64,000 nucleotides of DNA from Vicugna vicugna (GCA_013265495.1 MU061560.1:558001-622000); one strand, 5' to 3'; shown: positions 37,675 through 51,042, counted from the first letter of the stretch. Notes: generated by a model not told the origin, from the sequence alone. A program made the numbers and translations.

Positions 37675-39022
37675 CAATGATGTCAGAACACACCCTCACG
37701 CCATACACAAAAATAAACTCAAAATGTCTTAAAGACGTAAACATAAGACAGGATACCATAAATCTTCTAGAAGAGAACACAGGCAAACCATTCTCTGACA
37801 TAAATTGTGGCAATGTTTTTCTGGGTCAGTCTCCCAAGGAAATAGAAATAAAAGCAGAAACAAACAAATAGGACCTAATTAAACTTACAAGCGTTTGCAC
37901 AGCAAAGGAAACCATAAACAAAGTGAAGACAACCTACAGACTGGGAGAAAGTATTTGCAAACGATGTGATTGACAAGGGCTTAACTTCTGGAATATACAA
38001 ACAGCCCATACAACTCAATAACAACACAACAACAACAACAAAAACCCAAGCAACCCAATCAAAAATGGACAGAAGACTTAAACAAGCTAGGCTCTAATGA
38101 AGACACACAGATGGCCAATAGGTACGTGAAAAAATGCTCAAATCACTAATTATCAGACAAATGCAAACCAAAACTGCAATGACGTATCACTTACACCAGT
38201 CAAAATGGCCATCATTCAAAAGTCCACAAACAGTAAATGCTGAAGAGGGAGTGGAGAAAAGGGAACCCTCCTACACTGCTGGTGGGGATGTAGCTTGGTG
38301 CAGCCACTATGGAAAGCAGTATGGAGATGCCTTAAAAAACGAAAAACAGACTTACCATATGATCTGGCAATTCCACTCCTGAGCATGCATCCAGAGAAAA
38401 CTCTAATTCAAAAAGATACATGTACCCCAATATTCATAGCAGCACTGTATACAATAGCCAAGAAATGAAAGTAACCTAAATGGCCATTGATAGAGATTGG
38501 GGAAAGAAGTTATGGTATCTATCTACCTATCTATCTATCTACCTACCTACCTATCTTTATAATGGAATACTCCTTAGCCATAAAAAAAGAATGCCATTGC
38601 AGCAACATGAATGGATCTAGAGATTATCATACTAAGTAAATCAGAGAGAGAAAGACAAATATCACATGATATCACTTACATTTGGAATCTAAAAAATGAC
38701 ACAAATTAACATACTTACAAATCAGAAAGAGACTCACAGACATAGAAAACAAACTTATGGTTACCAAAGGGGAAAGAAGGGTGGAAGGGATAAATTAGGA
38801 GTTTAAGATTAGCAGATACACACTACTATATACAAAATAGATTAACAGTAAGTTCCTACTGTGTAGTACAGAAAGCTATAGGCAATAGTTTGTATAGCCT
38901 ATAATGAAAAAGAATATGAAAAAGAATATACATATATAAATGTATAAGTGAATCACTATGCTGTACACCAGAAATTAACACAGCACTGTAAATCAATTAC
39001 ACTTCAATTGAAAAATAAATAA
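37675..39022 (+). mobile_element. 5'-truncated L1 (~1.35 kb), inverted relative to the preceding L1
   Basis: ORFs 37677..37871 (LTPYTKINSK) and 38134..38382 are ORF2 C-terminal fragments; 3' UTR and A tail follow. Confidence 0.95.
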
Positions 39023-39169
39023 CTGTGTTGAGTAAATGAGGGAATGAATGCAGAATCATATGTGTAGAGTTTACCAAATAGCTTGTTTTTTTTTAATTGA
39101 ATGAAAGTTCTTTACATTCTATAGTGCTTTACAATTTTCAAGTTTCAATGAAACTTGGAATAACTTAAA

Positions 39170-39425
39170 AAAAATCTAATACCCCTATCATGCCCTTCCT
39201 TGCTTTCCTCTCCTCACTGGTCACCACTTGTTTGTTCTCTAACTGTGAATTGGCTCCTTTTTGTCTTATTCACTAGTTTGTTGTATTTTTTTAGATTTCA
39301 CATATAAGCAATATTATACAGCATTTGTCTTTCTCTATCTGATTTATTTCATAATGCCCTCCAAGTCCATCTCTGTTGCTGCAAATGGCAAAATTTCATT
39401 CTTTTTATGGCTGCATAGTATTCCC
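39170..39425 (-). mobile_element. L1 3' fragment
   Basis: GTTGCTGCAAATGGCAAAATTTCATTCTTTTTATGGCTG motif. Confidence 0.8.
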
Positions 39426-39902
39426 CAAATAGTCAGTTTTGATCCCAGCTCTGCCACCTACTAGCTTTGTAAACCTACTACTTTACCCAAACACCTGGAG
39501 CCTTAGTTTCTACACTGTAAAATGTTTATTTAGCATAGTGCCTCACATACAGTAAGCACTCAGTATAACAGTTTAACAGTATTGTGTAAAAAGAGCAATA
39601 AGGAAAATAGGGAATGACTAAGTACAAGGAGTTGAATTCCTAGATTATGAGCTATATATGTACATTTAGGATTTGGGGAATTTCTTTTACAGTGACTAAG
39701 GATTCTACTTTATTCTTCAAAACCAATTTATGCCATGTGATAGGAAACATGATCTCTGAAGTCAGTGACTCACATCCTTACAGTTCCATAACCAGAGAGA
39801 GAGAAGATTATCTGGTTAACTCAAGTTTAAAAATTCTAGAGAAGCTCTCTAAAAGGTCCTGTTTAGATCAGGTCTGTCCTTAGACCAGTCACCTTAACGT
39901 GG

Positions 39903-40369
39903 TGTGGGAGGCAGAATAATGGCCTCTCAAACATGTCCATGCCCTAATCCCTGGAACCTGTGAACCTAACATGGTAAAAGGGACTTTACAGATATGGTTA
40001 AAATTACTGGCTTAGCTATGGGGAGATTGTCCTGGATTATCCAAAGGGAGCCAATATAATCATGGGTTCTTAAAAAGCAGAGAAACTTTCCTCGCTGTGG
40101 TCAGGGGAAAATGTGATAATAGAAGTAGCGTCAAAGTGGCTAGCTTTGAAGATGTTTGAAAGGGGGTCAAGAGCTAGGAGTATGAGTGGTTTCAAATCTG
40201 GAAAAGGCAAGGAGATTGACTCTCCCACAGAGGCTCCACAAAGGAAAGCAACCCTGATGATAGTATGATTTTGGCCCAGTGCGACCCATGCTGGACTTCT
40301 GACCTACAGAGCTGTGAGGTCATACGTTTTTGCGGTGATTTGTGAAGGCAGCAATAGGAAGCTCACACA
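39903..40369 (+). mobile_element. MLT1D-like MaLR solo LTR inside older MaLR fragments (~39640-40710)
   Basis: TGTGGGAGGCAGAATAATGGCC..ATGTCCATGCCCTAATCCCTGGAACCTGTGAA start; GCAGCAATAGGAAGCTCACACA end. Confidence 0.85.
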
Positions 40370-41715
40370 CCAGGGCACAGCAGGGTGGAAACTGAGTTTC
40401 GGTTCCTCCCCAGACCCGCTCAACCTTATCTGCCCGGAGGCAGCTTGCTCAGTGGGATCCCCCTGCAGCCTCCAGCGCTGCCCACCCACCTCGTTCACGA
40501 GGATAAACTGGTCTGAGAGAAGGAAGGAGAGAGAAGCAGAGATGAGAGGGAGGGAGAATTCTGCTGCTGCCTGAGCCCCTGGTTCCAGGTGCTCTTTGAG
40601 GACAAGGCCATGTCAGCTCTTTGGTTATATAAGGCAGTTAATTCCTCTTTTTGAGCCAGTTAGCTTGAGTTAAATTTCTGTGACTTGCAACCAAACTGTC
40701 TTCCCTAAATCATAAACCTATAGTGGGGGCTGCAGGAGGAGAATTTTTTAAAAGCCTTTGGAGACAGTATCTGCTCATGGCTCCCTGTACGTCATAGCAA
40801 CCCGCTCAGAAACACATTCTCCTCCTTTAGACGAGACGTACTTACTGGCGAAGTGGCTTTCCCACAAGCAAGAGTGTTCTGAAATTAAAATGTGAAAACT
40901 TAAATAGGTTTGCTTTGTTTGCTTCTAGTGAAACACACTGCCCATAGACGTTCTTGTCTTACGTTTACAAAAAGCGTTATCAAACTAGAGCCACTCTTTT
41001 TCAAGGCCTCACCACTTCCTGTTTCTGCAGCCTCCATCACTTTTCCTTTGTCTCGATGAAATCAATGCTCTACGATCTAGACAAATACTGGACAATCCTG
41101 CTTTAACCTAACGGAGGGTGGGGGTGACAGGAGGACTTTTGAGCACTGGCCATTTGATCATTCTTCTTCCTCCTACAAAAAGACAGAATTAAAAAACAGT
41201 CACTATGGTTTTTGAAGCATGTTGATACAAGGCTTTTTATGTTCTACTCCAACAGATCCTTTATAATTTAAACAGAAATACATCATGCCATACAAAATTC
41301 GTGACATCTCTCTTTTGGGACTATACGTACGCTTGCTCTTTACATTTGGCCATTAGCAAATAGGAAAAGACTATGTCTTTTGGTGCCACAAATAAGGGAA
41401 AAACAGTTGTAGTTGTATCATTGTTGTCCCAGGGCACTTTGCTCCTATGAAGCAGTTACTGGTTACACCCACGGAGCTTCACCGTGAACGTATTCCCTTA
41501 ATTTGTCTGCCTTTGCTTCTTGGAAGGAATACAGACTGCTCAGAGAAAAAGGAAGAGAACAAAAAACTCCATCAACAGAGGGCTGAGAATCAACGTGGGT
41601 AACATCTGATTATTATTATCTTTGTTAGAAAATAATGACTTGGAATAAATTTCTTTGGTCTGCTTTCTGTTTCTGGAGTTCTGAAATTTTTGTCTCATTT
41701 TTCTCTGAAATTAAC

Positions 41716-41741
41716 AAAAGAAAAGAAAAGAAAAGAAAAGA
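41716..41741 (+). repeat. (AAAAG)5 pentanucleotide repeat
   Basis: Direct reading. Confidence 0.9.
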
Positions 41742-43203
41742 ATTAGAGAGAAGGAAATGTTCATAAAACCAGATACCAGAAAACCACTAGTGGACCTTCA
41801 GGTCTTAGCTTCAGTGACATTTAATTCATTGGTTCAAAAGTATTTATTGAGTACCTACCATGTGTCCTGCTGAACAAATCAAGCATGTTCCCCAAGGCTA
41901 CTGTGTATGGCTGTGCCTGTTAATGGTACCCACTACTGCAAGTGGTCCTTGCTCTCAAGAAGATTCAATGCAGTGATTTCTAGGAAGTCTTGCTTGAACT
42001 TTCACTCCCCACTCAGTAGAAAAAGTACTCCCCAATGCGTCCAGTCATAGCACTTAGCCCATGTGTTTGTCATTGTGTTAGACTGCAAACTCAGAGGGTT
42101 CTGAGATTGGGACTACCTTGTTTGTCACTTTCCAGGGGGCTAGGGATGCGTCAGTGAATTAAACAGTCAAAAATCCTTGGCCTCTTTATAATCTAGAGGA
42201 GAGATAGTAAAGAAGTTCAATAGGTAGCATGTAAGATGGAGATACACCTATGGAGAAAAATCAAGGAGGGAAAGGGTCTTCCTCTGTCGCCTATCTTGGG
42301 TCTTTGCTCAGATGTCACTTTTTTTTTTTTTTAAATTTTGAGCGAGGAAACCTTTGGAGGGTTGCAGTAGAGGAGAGACACTATTTTAAATGAAAAACAC
42401 CTAGGAATAGAACACTAGGTATACTTAGCAAACAGCCAGAATGGCAGTTATCAGATCTCCACTTTGCCAGCAATCAGGCCACGGTGAATAAAGATTCATA
42501 CAGAATATAGAGAAAAAGGGCCCAGCCCTTCCCCTCGAAAACCCTAACGTTTTCAGATCCTTTCTGAACACATTTAAAGAAATATCCCAGATAAGCCTCT
42601 TGTTCTAACCTGGGCTGGTTTTGTATTTTCATAAAATTGCACCTCACATATTTTCGTATCATCCTACAGACCTTTTGCACCTGGCCGGGGTATCTCAGGC
42701 TATGAGCTGTTCTTTAACCCTTTCCAACCCGCCCTAACTTGAGAAAGCGTCCTCATTGGGAAATACCATCCTGGAAAATCAAGAGACTAGCTGTACTTAA
42801 CACATTCGTATCTGGAATTTTCACACCCATTTTTGAGGACAGGCATCAGTGTATCTCTTCCCTTCTACTCTCTGAGCCTCGCTTCCTAATTTTCTGGCAG
42901 GAGCCAAACGAGCATCCCGGCCCCAAACACCCGTCTCTCCGGCCCGCGCCGCGCAGCCTTCTGGGAGCTGTAGGCCCCGACGGTCCTCCTCACCAGAACT
43001 GCAACTCCCGGCAGCCTTTGTTTCTCGGCCCCGCCCTCTTGGCGCATGGCCTGCCGGGAGGGGGCAGGTAGCGGGCGGGAGGGCTCCAATGGGTGCCGGC
43101 TCCCGAGGAGAGGGCGGAGGAGAGGAGGAAGAAGGCGGACTCTGGGCCCCAGCCCCATTCATTGCCGCGGCCGGCCGGGCGGGGGTCCCGTGTTTTCCGC
43201 GTC

Positions 43204-43305
43204 ATGGAGGCGCTCATTCCCGTTATCAACAAGCTCCAGGACGTCTTCAACACGGTGGGCGCCGACATCATCCAGCTGCCTCAGATCGTCGTGGTGGGAA
43301 CGCAG
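43204..43305 (+). CDS. DNM1L: DNM1L (dynamin-1-like, Drp1) coding exon 1: [34 protein letters not shown]
   Basis: Strong Kozak GTCATGG, CAG|GTGAGA donor; start of the dynamin G1 motif (GxQSSGKS). Confidence 0.99.
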
Positions 43306-43428
43306 GTGAGAGACGAGGGCGGCGTCTGCCCAGGCCGGAGCCCCGCGGCGCGGGCCTGGACCCGGCCGTCGCCGCGCCCGCTCCCGGGCCCGCCCTCGCG
43401 GCCTGCGTGGGGAGGGCGCCGCCGCGCC

Positions 43429-43454
43429 NNNNNNNNNNNNNNNNNNNNNNNNNN
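43429..43454. other. Assembly gap within the CpG island
   Basis: Run of N. Confidence 1.
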
Positions 43455-44429
43455 AGGCCGGCCGGCGGGGCTGGAGGCCGCGGGGGCCGGGCGCGGCTCT
43501 GCCCGCGGGCCGCCGCCTCCAAGGGCACCTGGGGGACGCGCGGCGCACGCAGGGCCGCACTGGGCACGCGGGGCCGGGGCGCCCCTTCCCGGCTGGTTTC
43601 GGGGCGGCGGGATGTTTTACGCCCCCCCCTTGCCTTGCCAGGGGCGGCGGGGTCGGTTTTGGAGCCGCGCGGGTCCGGCGGGGAAGGCCGCTGCTGTGTA
43701 GCACCTGTTTTCCTGCAGCGTCGTCTAGGTTTCCAGAACGCCGAAGCGGTTAAGCCAGAACAGAACCCCCAAAGCAACTTGCACTTGGAGTTTGTGGGTG
43801 TTAGGAAGGCATAGCCAATTTTTCTGCGTAGGCTGTGGTTTTTGTCTTCTCCCTATATTAAGCATCAAGGTTCTCTGGTCTTCTTGTGTTGCATCTCTTT
43901 TAGATAACACATTTTTTTAATGTGCAGAAATGTTGTAGAAATAAATGTTATTTCTAGAGTGACAGAGAATTCTAAGTTTCATTTTCTCTGCCTGCTGCTT
44001 TTCTGGTTGAAGAGGAATCAACCATAGGCCTTTTATTGGAGTTCAGAGAAACGCATTTTAGACATTACTTAGTATATTAAGTGCTTTCATTTGTTAATGA
44101 TGTTTTCTATTTCTGAGTGGTTTCCTCACTTTCCACGAGGTGCATCGCTACATCTTGCTACAAAATTAAAGTTCAGGATATACAAATTTTGAGAGGGGAC
44201 TTGATGTTCAAAATATTGTAGTAGGTCCAGACACTGGAAACCTTGTAAACCATACACATCCCAGGGTGGGGGTGGGAATGGAGGATGGGAGGGGCTGGTT
44301 GGCTTTAGGATTGGTGTAGATTCTGCTCAATCCTGCCTGCACATATAGTATTTGTAACTCTTAATATTTGGAGTTATTACTGGAGACCGAATCATCACCA
44401 TAGTAAATTATGAGAAATATAGTTTAAAA

Positions 44430-44526
44430 TATTTTATTATTATTATTTTAAATGGAGGTTCTAGGGATTGAAGCCAGGATCTTATGCATGCTAAGCATGT
44501 GCTCTCCCACTGAGCTATATGCCCCA
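44430..44526 (-). mobile_element. Camelid tRNA-derived SINE (short form)
   Basis: Reverse-complement head; TGAGAAATAT repeated at 44411 and 44530. Confidence 0.85.
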
Positions 44527-46334
44527 CTCTGAGAAATATTTTTATTGAGTATATTTTGTTCGCTGCTCTGTTCTGGGGTATGTGGTAGGTGCTCCATAAT
44601 ACTTTGAATGAGTAGATAGTATTTTTAAAACACTGGGGCTTTTATCACCAAAGCCGTTCTGTTTTTATAAATAGAATTAGAGGAGATGATTTAAATTAAA
44701 TCTTTGGTAGTAATTTGGAAGTGTTTCCCAGCTGTAGACCAGATACTTTCCCATATACTTTAAAGAAATTCTCAATGCTTTTTAAGCAAAAGAATCAGAG
44801 CTGTAGTGCATATAAATAGCTTAACATCAAGGAGGATTTTTCTTACACAAAATGGTTTATTTTGGTGAGTAAACCTGTTCCCAGAATCGAGGGGTGGGAG
44901 CAGGGTAGGAAAGTAAAGAGTTGACCATTGTGAAAGCCATTAACATGTGGTGGCAAAAACCATGCTACTAGTGACAGTTATACACCACTCATGTCTTATT
45001 AGCTGAAATTCAGTCCTTTATTATTTAGGTACAGAAGAAATAAATAAAAATAGAAGCAATGTCCTTTCCCTCATATTTTCTTCAGTATGTTGAAAAAAAC
45101 CTCATTCACTTGATCTGAATAAAAGCACACCACAACTATGTCATCTAGGTTATTTAAAGTGTAACATTTGTACAGCACAGACCTCACATTCATGTATATA
45201 TGTGTTTTGTATATATATATTTATTGAAGTGTAGTCTGTTTACAAGGTTGTGTCAGTTACTGGAATACAGTGTAATGCTTCAGTCATACACGAACAGACA
45301 TGAGCATTCTTAAGTTCATACTTAATGGAGTAGTGTAAAGTGAGTTCCAGACATAGTAAATGCTCTGTACTCCGTTCTGACTGGTACATTTCTCAGTGGC
45401 AGGGATCATGTCTTCGTAACACAGGTATAATCTCTATCTTACGCATCACCTGTACTTTAAATGGCTACGTGTCCCATTTTGTGGAAATTTGTAGAACTGT
45501 GATTGTCAAACTTGAATGTATATAAGAATTATTTTGAAAAAAGTTTCCTGGACCCCATCCCCAGGGATTTTGATTTTATAAGTCTGGGGTGGTCCTGGCA
45601 TCATAGGTCATTCTGATGCAGATGACTCATGGATCCTAATCTGAAAAATGTATTAGTGAGTCTTTGATTTTACAATGAGTGAAATTGGAAAAAGCAGGCA
45701 GGTGTTGTTTGAGGGCATACCACTGTTCAGTAGTGTGTTGATTCTGGCCGCATTCTTGCTCCAAAGTATCAGCTTCCAGGCAATCTTTGCGGATCTCTAA
45801 ATGTTTTAAACTTTGATTCCCTGCCCCACCCCCAATTTTGATTTCTTAAGTTGCCTAAATAATAGTTTGCGGCCTAGAGAATTGGAGAAGTTGAGGAGAG
45901 AGATGTTTACATTCACACTTTTTATGATTTAGCTAAATAAATTGCTTTCCTCTTTCTCTAGCTGAGGTTCTTTGTGTGGAAACACCAGAAAACGGGGAGA
46001 GAGAAGGTTGATACTTTTAAACCGTGGTGTTCTTTGCAGGTGAAGAAGATAAGACTTAAATGACATTTGTGACTCGACTTGGGAAATATAATCACTATTT
46101 CTTAAGTTGGGAATTGGAAGGTGGAGCCCTCCAGGTATGTAATCCAAACCACCACTAGCACAGGAGTCCCGATACAGGTGGCGTTAACCTGAGACTCTGG
46201 CTCGGTGTTGCTGGTAACGTACCTTTCACCTTGCATTTTATTTCAGTCATTGCAGTGCTCCACCTTCAGTAATTCAGACAAATGCGAAAGGAACTGGAGT
46301 CTTGCCTTTTAAATGACCAACTCACAAACCAACT

Positions 46335-47240
46335 TTTTAATTTAATTTAAAAATTTAAATATAATTCATGTAATATAAAACCCAACATTATAAAGTACAT
46401 AGTTCAGTGGTTTTTTCGTATATTCACAAGGTTCGGCAACCATCAGCACTGTCTAATTCCAGAACATTCTCATTACCCCAGAAGGAAACTCCAAATCCAT
46501 TAGCACAGTCCTCATCAACCCCCCAACCCAGCACCTGGCAACCACTAGTCTACTTTCTGTCTCTATGGATTTGCCTATTCTGGACGTTTCATATAAATAG
46601 AATTGTACAATCTGTGGTCTTTTGTGTCTGGCCTCTTTTGCTCAGCATAGTGTTTTTCAGGTTTGTTCATGTTGTAGCATGTATTAGTACTTCATTACTT
46701 TTTATGGCTGAATAATATTCCTTTGCATAGATATGCCACAGTTTGTTTATCCATTCATTAGCTGGTGGACATTTGGGTTTCTACTTTTTGGCTATGTTGA
46801 ATAATGCTGCTGTGAACATTGTTTTACAAGTTTTTGTGTGAACATATGTTTTCAGTTCTCTTGGGAATATACAGTTGACACTTGAGCAAAATGTATTTGA
46901 ACTGCGAGGGTCCATTTATGCAGATTTTTTTCCATAAATACATCAGTACTACACGATGCATGGTTGGTTGAATCTGTGGATGTGAAGCTGTGGCTACAGA
47001 GGGCCAACTGTGTAGTTAAATGCAGATTTACAAGGGCTCAGTGTCTCTGACTGCTATTCAGGGATCTGCCGTAGCTAGGAGTAGAATTGCTGGTTCATTT
47101 GGTAACTCTTACTTAACTTTTTAAGGAACGGCCACACTGTTTTCCATGGTAGCTGTACCATTTTACAGACCTCTGTCAGTGTGTGAGTGTTTCAGTTTCT
47201 GTACGCTCTCATCAACTCTTGTTACTGTCTTTTTTTAAGT
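46335..47240 (-). mobile_element. L1MB-like 3' end
   Basis: TTCCAGAACATTCTCATTACCCCAGAAGGAAAC and CATGTTGTAGCATGTATTAGTACTTCATT motifs. Confidence 0.85.
46872..47071. mobile_element. Tigger2/MER8-like MITE nested in L1
   Basis: Left terminal repeat CAGTTGACACTTGA, degenerate right end, TA on both sides; the L1 text resumes after it. Confidence 0.75.
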
Positions 47241-47544
47241 GTTTAATTATTCTAGAATTCTTTATTTAAAAGGAAGCAGACGCACTTCCCCTCCTACTAC
47301 CTCCTCTGCCACTATTATTTACATTAGCTCTTTCTGGAATCTTGTTCTCTCCTGCTTGATATGCCTACATTTGTCTTGTGTTTGTAGAGATGGTGGCTTC
47401 ATTAAGTTTAGTAATTTGGTGCCAAATACTGATCTGAATTTTCATTCCTTCGTTGTTTTTTTGTGAGTGTTTTTAAGTAAATTTATGTTTTTCCCTTTTC
47501 TTTTTTTCTAGTTTTTCTGTGTAGATCATGTGCTGCTTCAGTTT

Positions 47545-49130
47545 TTTTTAAATTTTAAAAACATTGAGGTGAAATTTATATAGCATAAAATTAGTTACTT
47601 TAAAGTGTGCAGTTCAGTGGCATTTAGTACAGTCATAATGTTGTGCAACCGCCACCACTGTCTAGGTCCAAAACATTTTCATCACCCCAAAAGAAAACTC
47701 CATATCCATTAAGGAGTCATTTCCTAATTCTCTTTCCCCTCAGTCCCTGGCAGCCATCAGTCTTCTTCCTTCTTTATGGATTTACCTATTTTGGATATTT
47801 TATAGAAACAGAATCATACACTATATGGCCATTTTTGTTTGGCTTCTTTTATTTAGTATAGCATGGCCCATTCATACTGTAGCATGTATCAGTACTTTTA
47901 ATTGCTGACTAATATTCCATTGTGTATATATACCACGGTTTGTTTATTGTTCATCTGTTGATGGGTATTTGGGTGGTTTCAGTCTTTTGTTGGTTGTGAG
48001 TAGTGCTGCGGTGAACGTTTGTGTACAAGTATTTAAATATCTGTTTCCAGTTCTTTCAGTTATAGACCCAGGGGTGAAATGCTGGGTCATATATTAATTC
48101 TCTGTTTAACTTTTGGAGGAACCACCAAAGTTTTTTCCACAGTTGCTATATCATTTTACATTCCCACCAACTATGTACTAGGCTTCCAATTTCTTTATAT
48201 CCTTTTCAACACTTTGTTACTGTGTTTTTTTAATATAAGTAACCTGATGAGAGTGTGAAGTGACATCTCATTTGTGGTTTTGATTTGTATTTCCCTAATG
48301 ACTAATGACGTGAATATCTTTTAGGTGTTTGTTGGGTTGTCTTTCTATGTTGAACTGTAAGAGTTCTTTATATATTCTGGATACTAGGCCATTATAAATG
48401 TGTGATTTGCACATACTTTCTCCGATTCTGTAGGTTGTCTTTTCACTTTCCTGATAGTGTCCTTTGTTGCATAAAAGTTTTTGATTGTGATGAAGTTGAG
48501 TTTGTCTTTTTTTTTTAATTTTGTTGCTTGTGCTTTGGGAATCATATCATTGCCAAATCCAAGGTCATGAAAATTTATCATTTTATCATTATTTTATATT
48601 TTCTTCTAAGAGTTTTATAGTTTTAGCTCTTACATTTAGAGTTTTGATCCATTTTGAGTAAATTTTTGTCTTTGGTACAAAGTACGGGTTCCCACCTTCG
48701 TTCTTTTCCATGTGCCTGCCTATCCAGTTGATTCAACACTATTAGTTGGAGATTTGTTCTTTCCCCATTGAATGGTTTTGGCACTATTGTTGAAAATCAG
48801 TTGACTACAGATGTGTGGATTTATTTCTGGACTCTGAATTGTTTTCTGTTGGTCAGTAGGTCTTTTCTTATGCCAGTACCACGCACTGTTCTGATTACTG
48901 TAGCTTTGCAGTGTATTTTGAAACCAGAAAGTAAGAGTCTCCCAACTGTTCTTTTTTTTGAAGATTGTTTTTGCAATTAGAAGTCCCTTGCCATTCACTC
49001 CATAGGAATTTTAGACTTGGTATTTCCATTTCTATAAAATGAAGCTGTTGGAATTTTGATAGAGATTGTGTTGACTCTGTACATTGCTTTGGGGAATATT
49101 GACATCTTAATATTAAATCAGACCTAGAAT
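47545..49130 (-). mobile_element. L1MB-like ORF2 3' region + 3' UTR
   Basis: Minus ORFs 48384..48581 and 48720..48998 (AWYWHK...SPEINPHI.SQLIF) are ORF2 fragments. Confidence 0.9.
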
Positions 49131-49499
49131 TCCTAGTTGATAGATTTTTTTTTTCTTTCAGCTCTTTAGATGAGTCGTGCTACTGCCTCCAGCTTCCAAA
49201 ATTTCTAATGAGAAATCTATTGTGTTGTTAATCTTGCTGAGGATCTCTTGTATGTGAATTATCTGTTTCTCTCCTGCTGCTTTCGATATTTGTTTTTGTT
49301 TTTCAGCATTTTGATTACAGTTTGTCTCCATGTGGATCTCTTTGTGTTTATCCTACATCGAGTCACTGAGTTCTTTAATATGCAGATTCATGTCACTTTC
49401 TCCGTTTTCCTGCTTTTATGGAAAAAGTGAGGATGGATATTACATTTGCTTTTCAGATATCTGGATCTCACTCTTTTATGTTCCAGACAGCACTGGGCC

Positions 49500-50072
49500 T
49501 GTATTTTATTTTTACTGATTTATTTAAATTGAATTATAGTTGATTTACAGTGTTATGTTACTTTCTGGTGTGCAGCATAGTGATTCAGTTATACACACAC
49601 GAATATTCTTTTTCATATTCTTTTTTACTATAGGTTATTACAAGCTATTGAATATAGTTCCCTGTGATATACAGTAGGACCTTGTTGTTAATCTATTTTG
49701 TATATAGTAGTTCGTATCTGCTAGTCCAAACTCCTAATTTATCCCTCCCCCCGACCTTCCTTTTCCCTTTGGTAACCATAAGTTTGTTTTCTATGTCAGG
49801 GTGTCTCTTTCTGTTTTGTAAATAAGTTCATTTGTGTCATTTGTTTTAAGATTCTACATACAAGTGATATATGATACTTATCTTTGTCTGACTTAGTTCA
49901 CTTAGTATGATAATCTCCAGGTCCATCCATGTTGCTGCAAATGGCATTATTTCTTTTTTATGGCTAAGTAGTATTCCACTGTGTATGTGTACACACAGAG
50001 ATGCACACCCCTACATAAATATATATATATACTGCAACTTCTTTATCCAGTCATCTGTTGATGGACATTTAG
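49500..50072 (-). mobile_element. L1 3' end (younger lineage family)
   Basis: Similar to the 3' UTRs at 27.3-27.7 kb and 38.6-39.0 kb. Confidence 0.88.
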
Positions 50073-51042
50073 TTTCAGGCCTGTATTTTATAATCAGGAA
50101 AAAGTTCTTCCCCAAGGAATGTCAGGTCTCCAGCATTTTAGCAAGTTTGGCTTCTGGATAGTTGAAGTGTTGATATCACTGAGTAATATATGTAGTGATT
50201 ATTCAATATAACAGTCACATTTTAACACAATACATTATGAAGTGATTTAAACTTTAGATTTATATTTTGCCAGTAGGTGAAGTGTTTGAGCTATGTAGTA
50301 AGAAATGTTAGTTCATTTATTTAAAATATCAGAAAGTTAACATTTCTAGTGATGCTCTGAGAAATATTTTAATTAAAATAAATAAGGCAAACATTAAGGA
50401 AACTTGTAATTCTGAAACTACTTCAGTTAAAAATTTAGGAAAGGTACATCTTTATCTGTTAATATCAAAATAAAGAATTGCAAGGTCTGCTTGATACAAT
50501 GAAAAGTAAAAACTAAGCCATTAAAAACTGAATCAGCCTTGATTAATGGGACATGAACAAATATTTACAACTCCCTACTCTCAATTGATGCCATTATCAG
50601 AGAGAAAGAGATAAAAAATATGACAGAATTTAAGGCTCCATCTCAAAATATAAATTCAAAACACTATAAATCTCAATAAAGTACAATTTGGAAGAAACTA
50701 AAAGATGACACTGAGACCAAGCACACCATTTCTTAACCCCTAAATACACAGGCTGTTGAGTCAATTTTGGCAGTATGTGGAGATGAAAAAAGCAGAAGAC
50801 CTTGCTGTGCCAAGAGAGCCCTATTTTCAGAGCAAGTCAGCTGTGACTTTGGCCACATTGGAACTCTTGTAGCCACTCACCTTCCTGGAAAGAGTGCAGA
50901 CATTGAGCATTTAAATCAACAGCGGGAAACAAGCACTGATCTAACCAACTGTTGAAGAAACCAATGCCATTTATAATGCTGAGGTAGCAAATTGGGAGTC
51001 CACAGACATGTTTTCTTTGGTCTGTGTTTGTTGATACATAAA

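Larger units (their letters stand above)
42880..43750. promoter_or_regulatory. DNM1L: CpG island / TATA-less promoter of DNM1L
   Basis: Abrupt GC- and CpG-rich block around exon 1; GC boxes (CCCCGCCC ~43029, GGGCGG ~43072 and ~43112), CCAAT at ~43086. Confidence 0.92.

Noticed and set aside
35340..39022. The two inverted L1s as a single twin-primed insertion
   Set aside because: Both carry their own 3' ends and cover the same consensus region, and ~310 bp of non-L1 spacer separates them.
42739..43910. Many overlapping long ORFs on both strands around DNM1L exon 1
   Set aside because: Stop-codon depletion in a CpG island plus an N gap; only 43204-43305 has splice and homology support.
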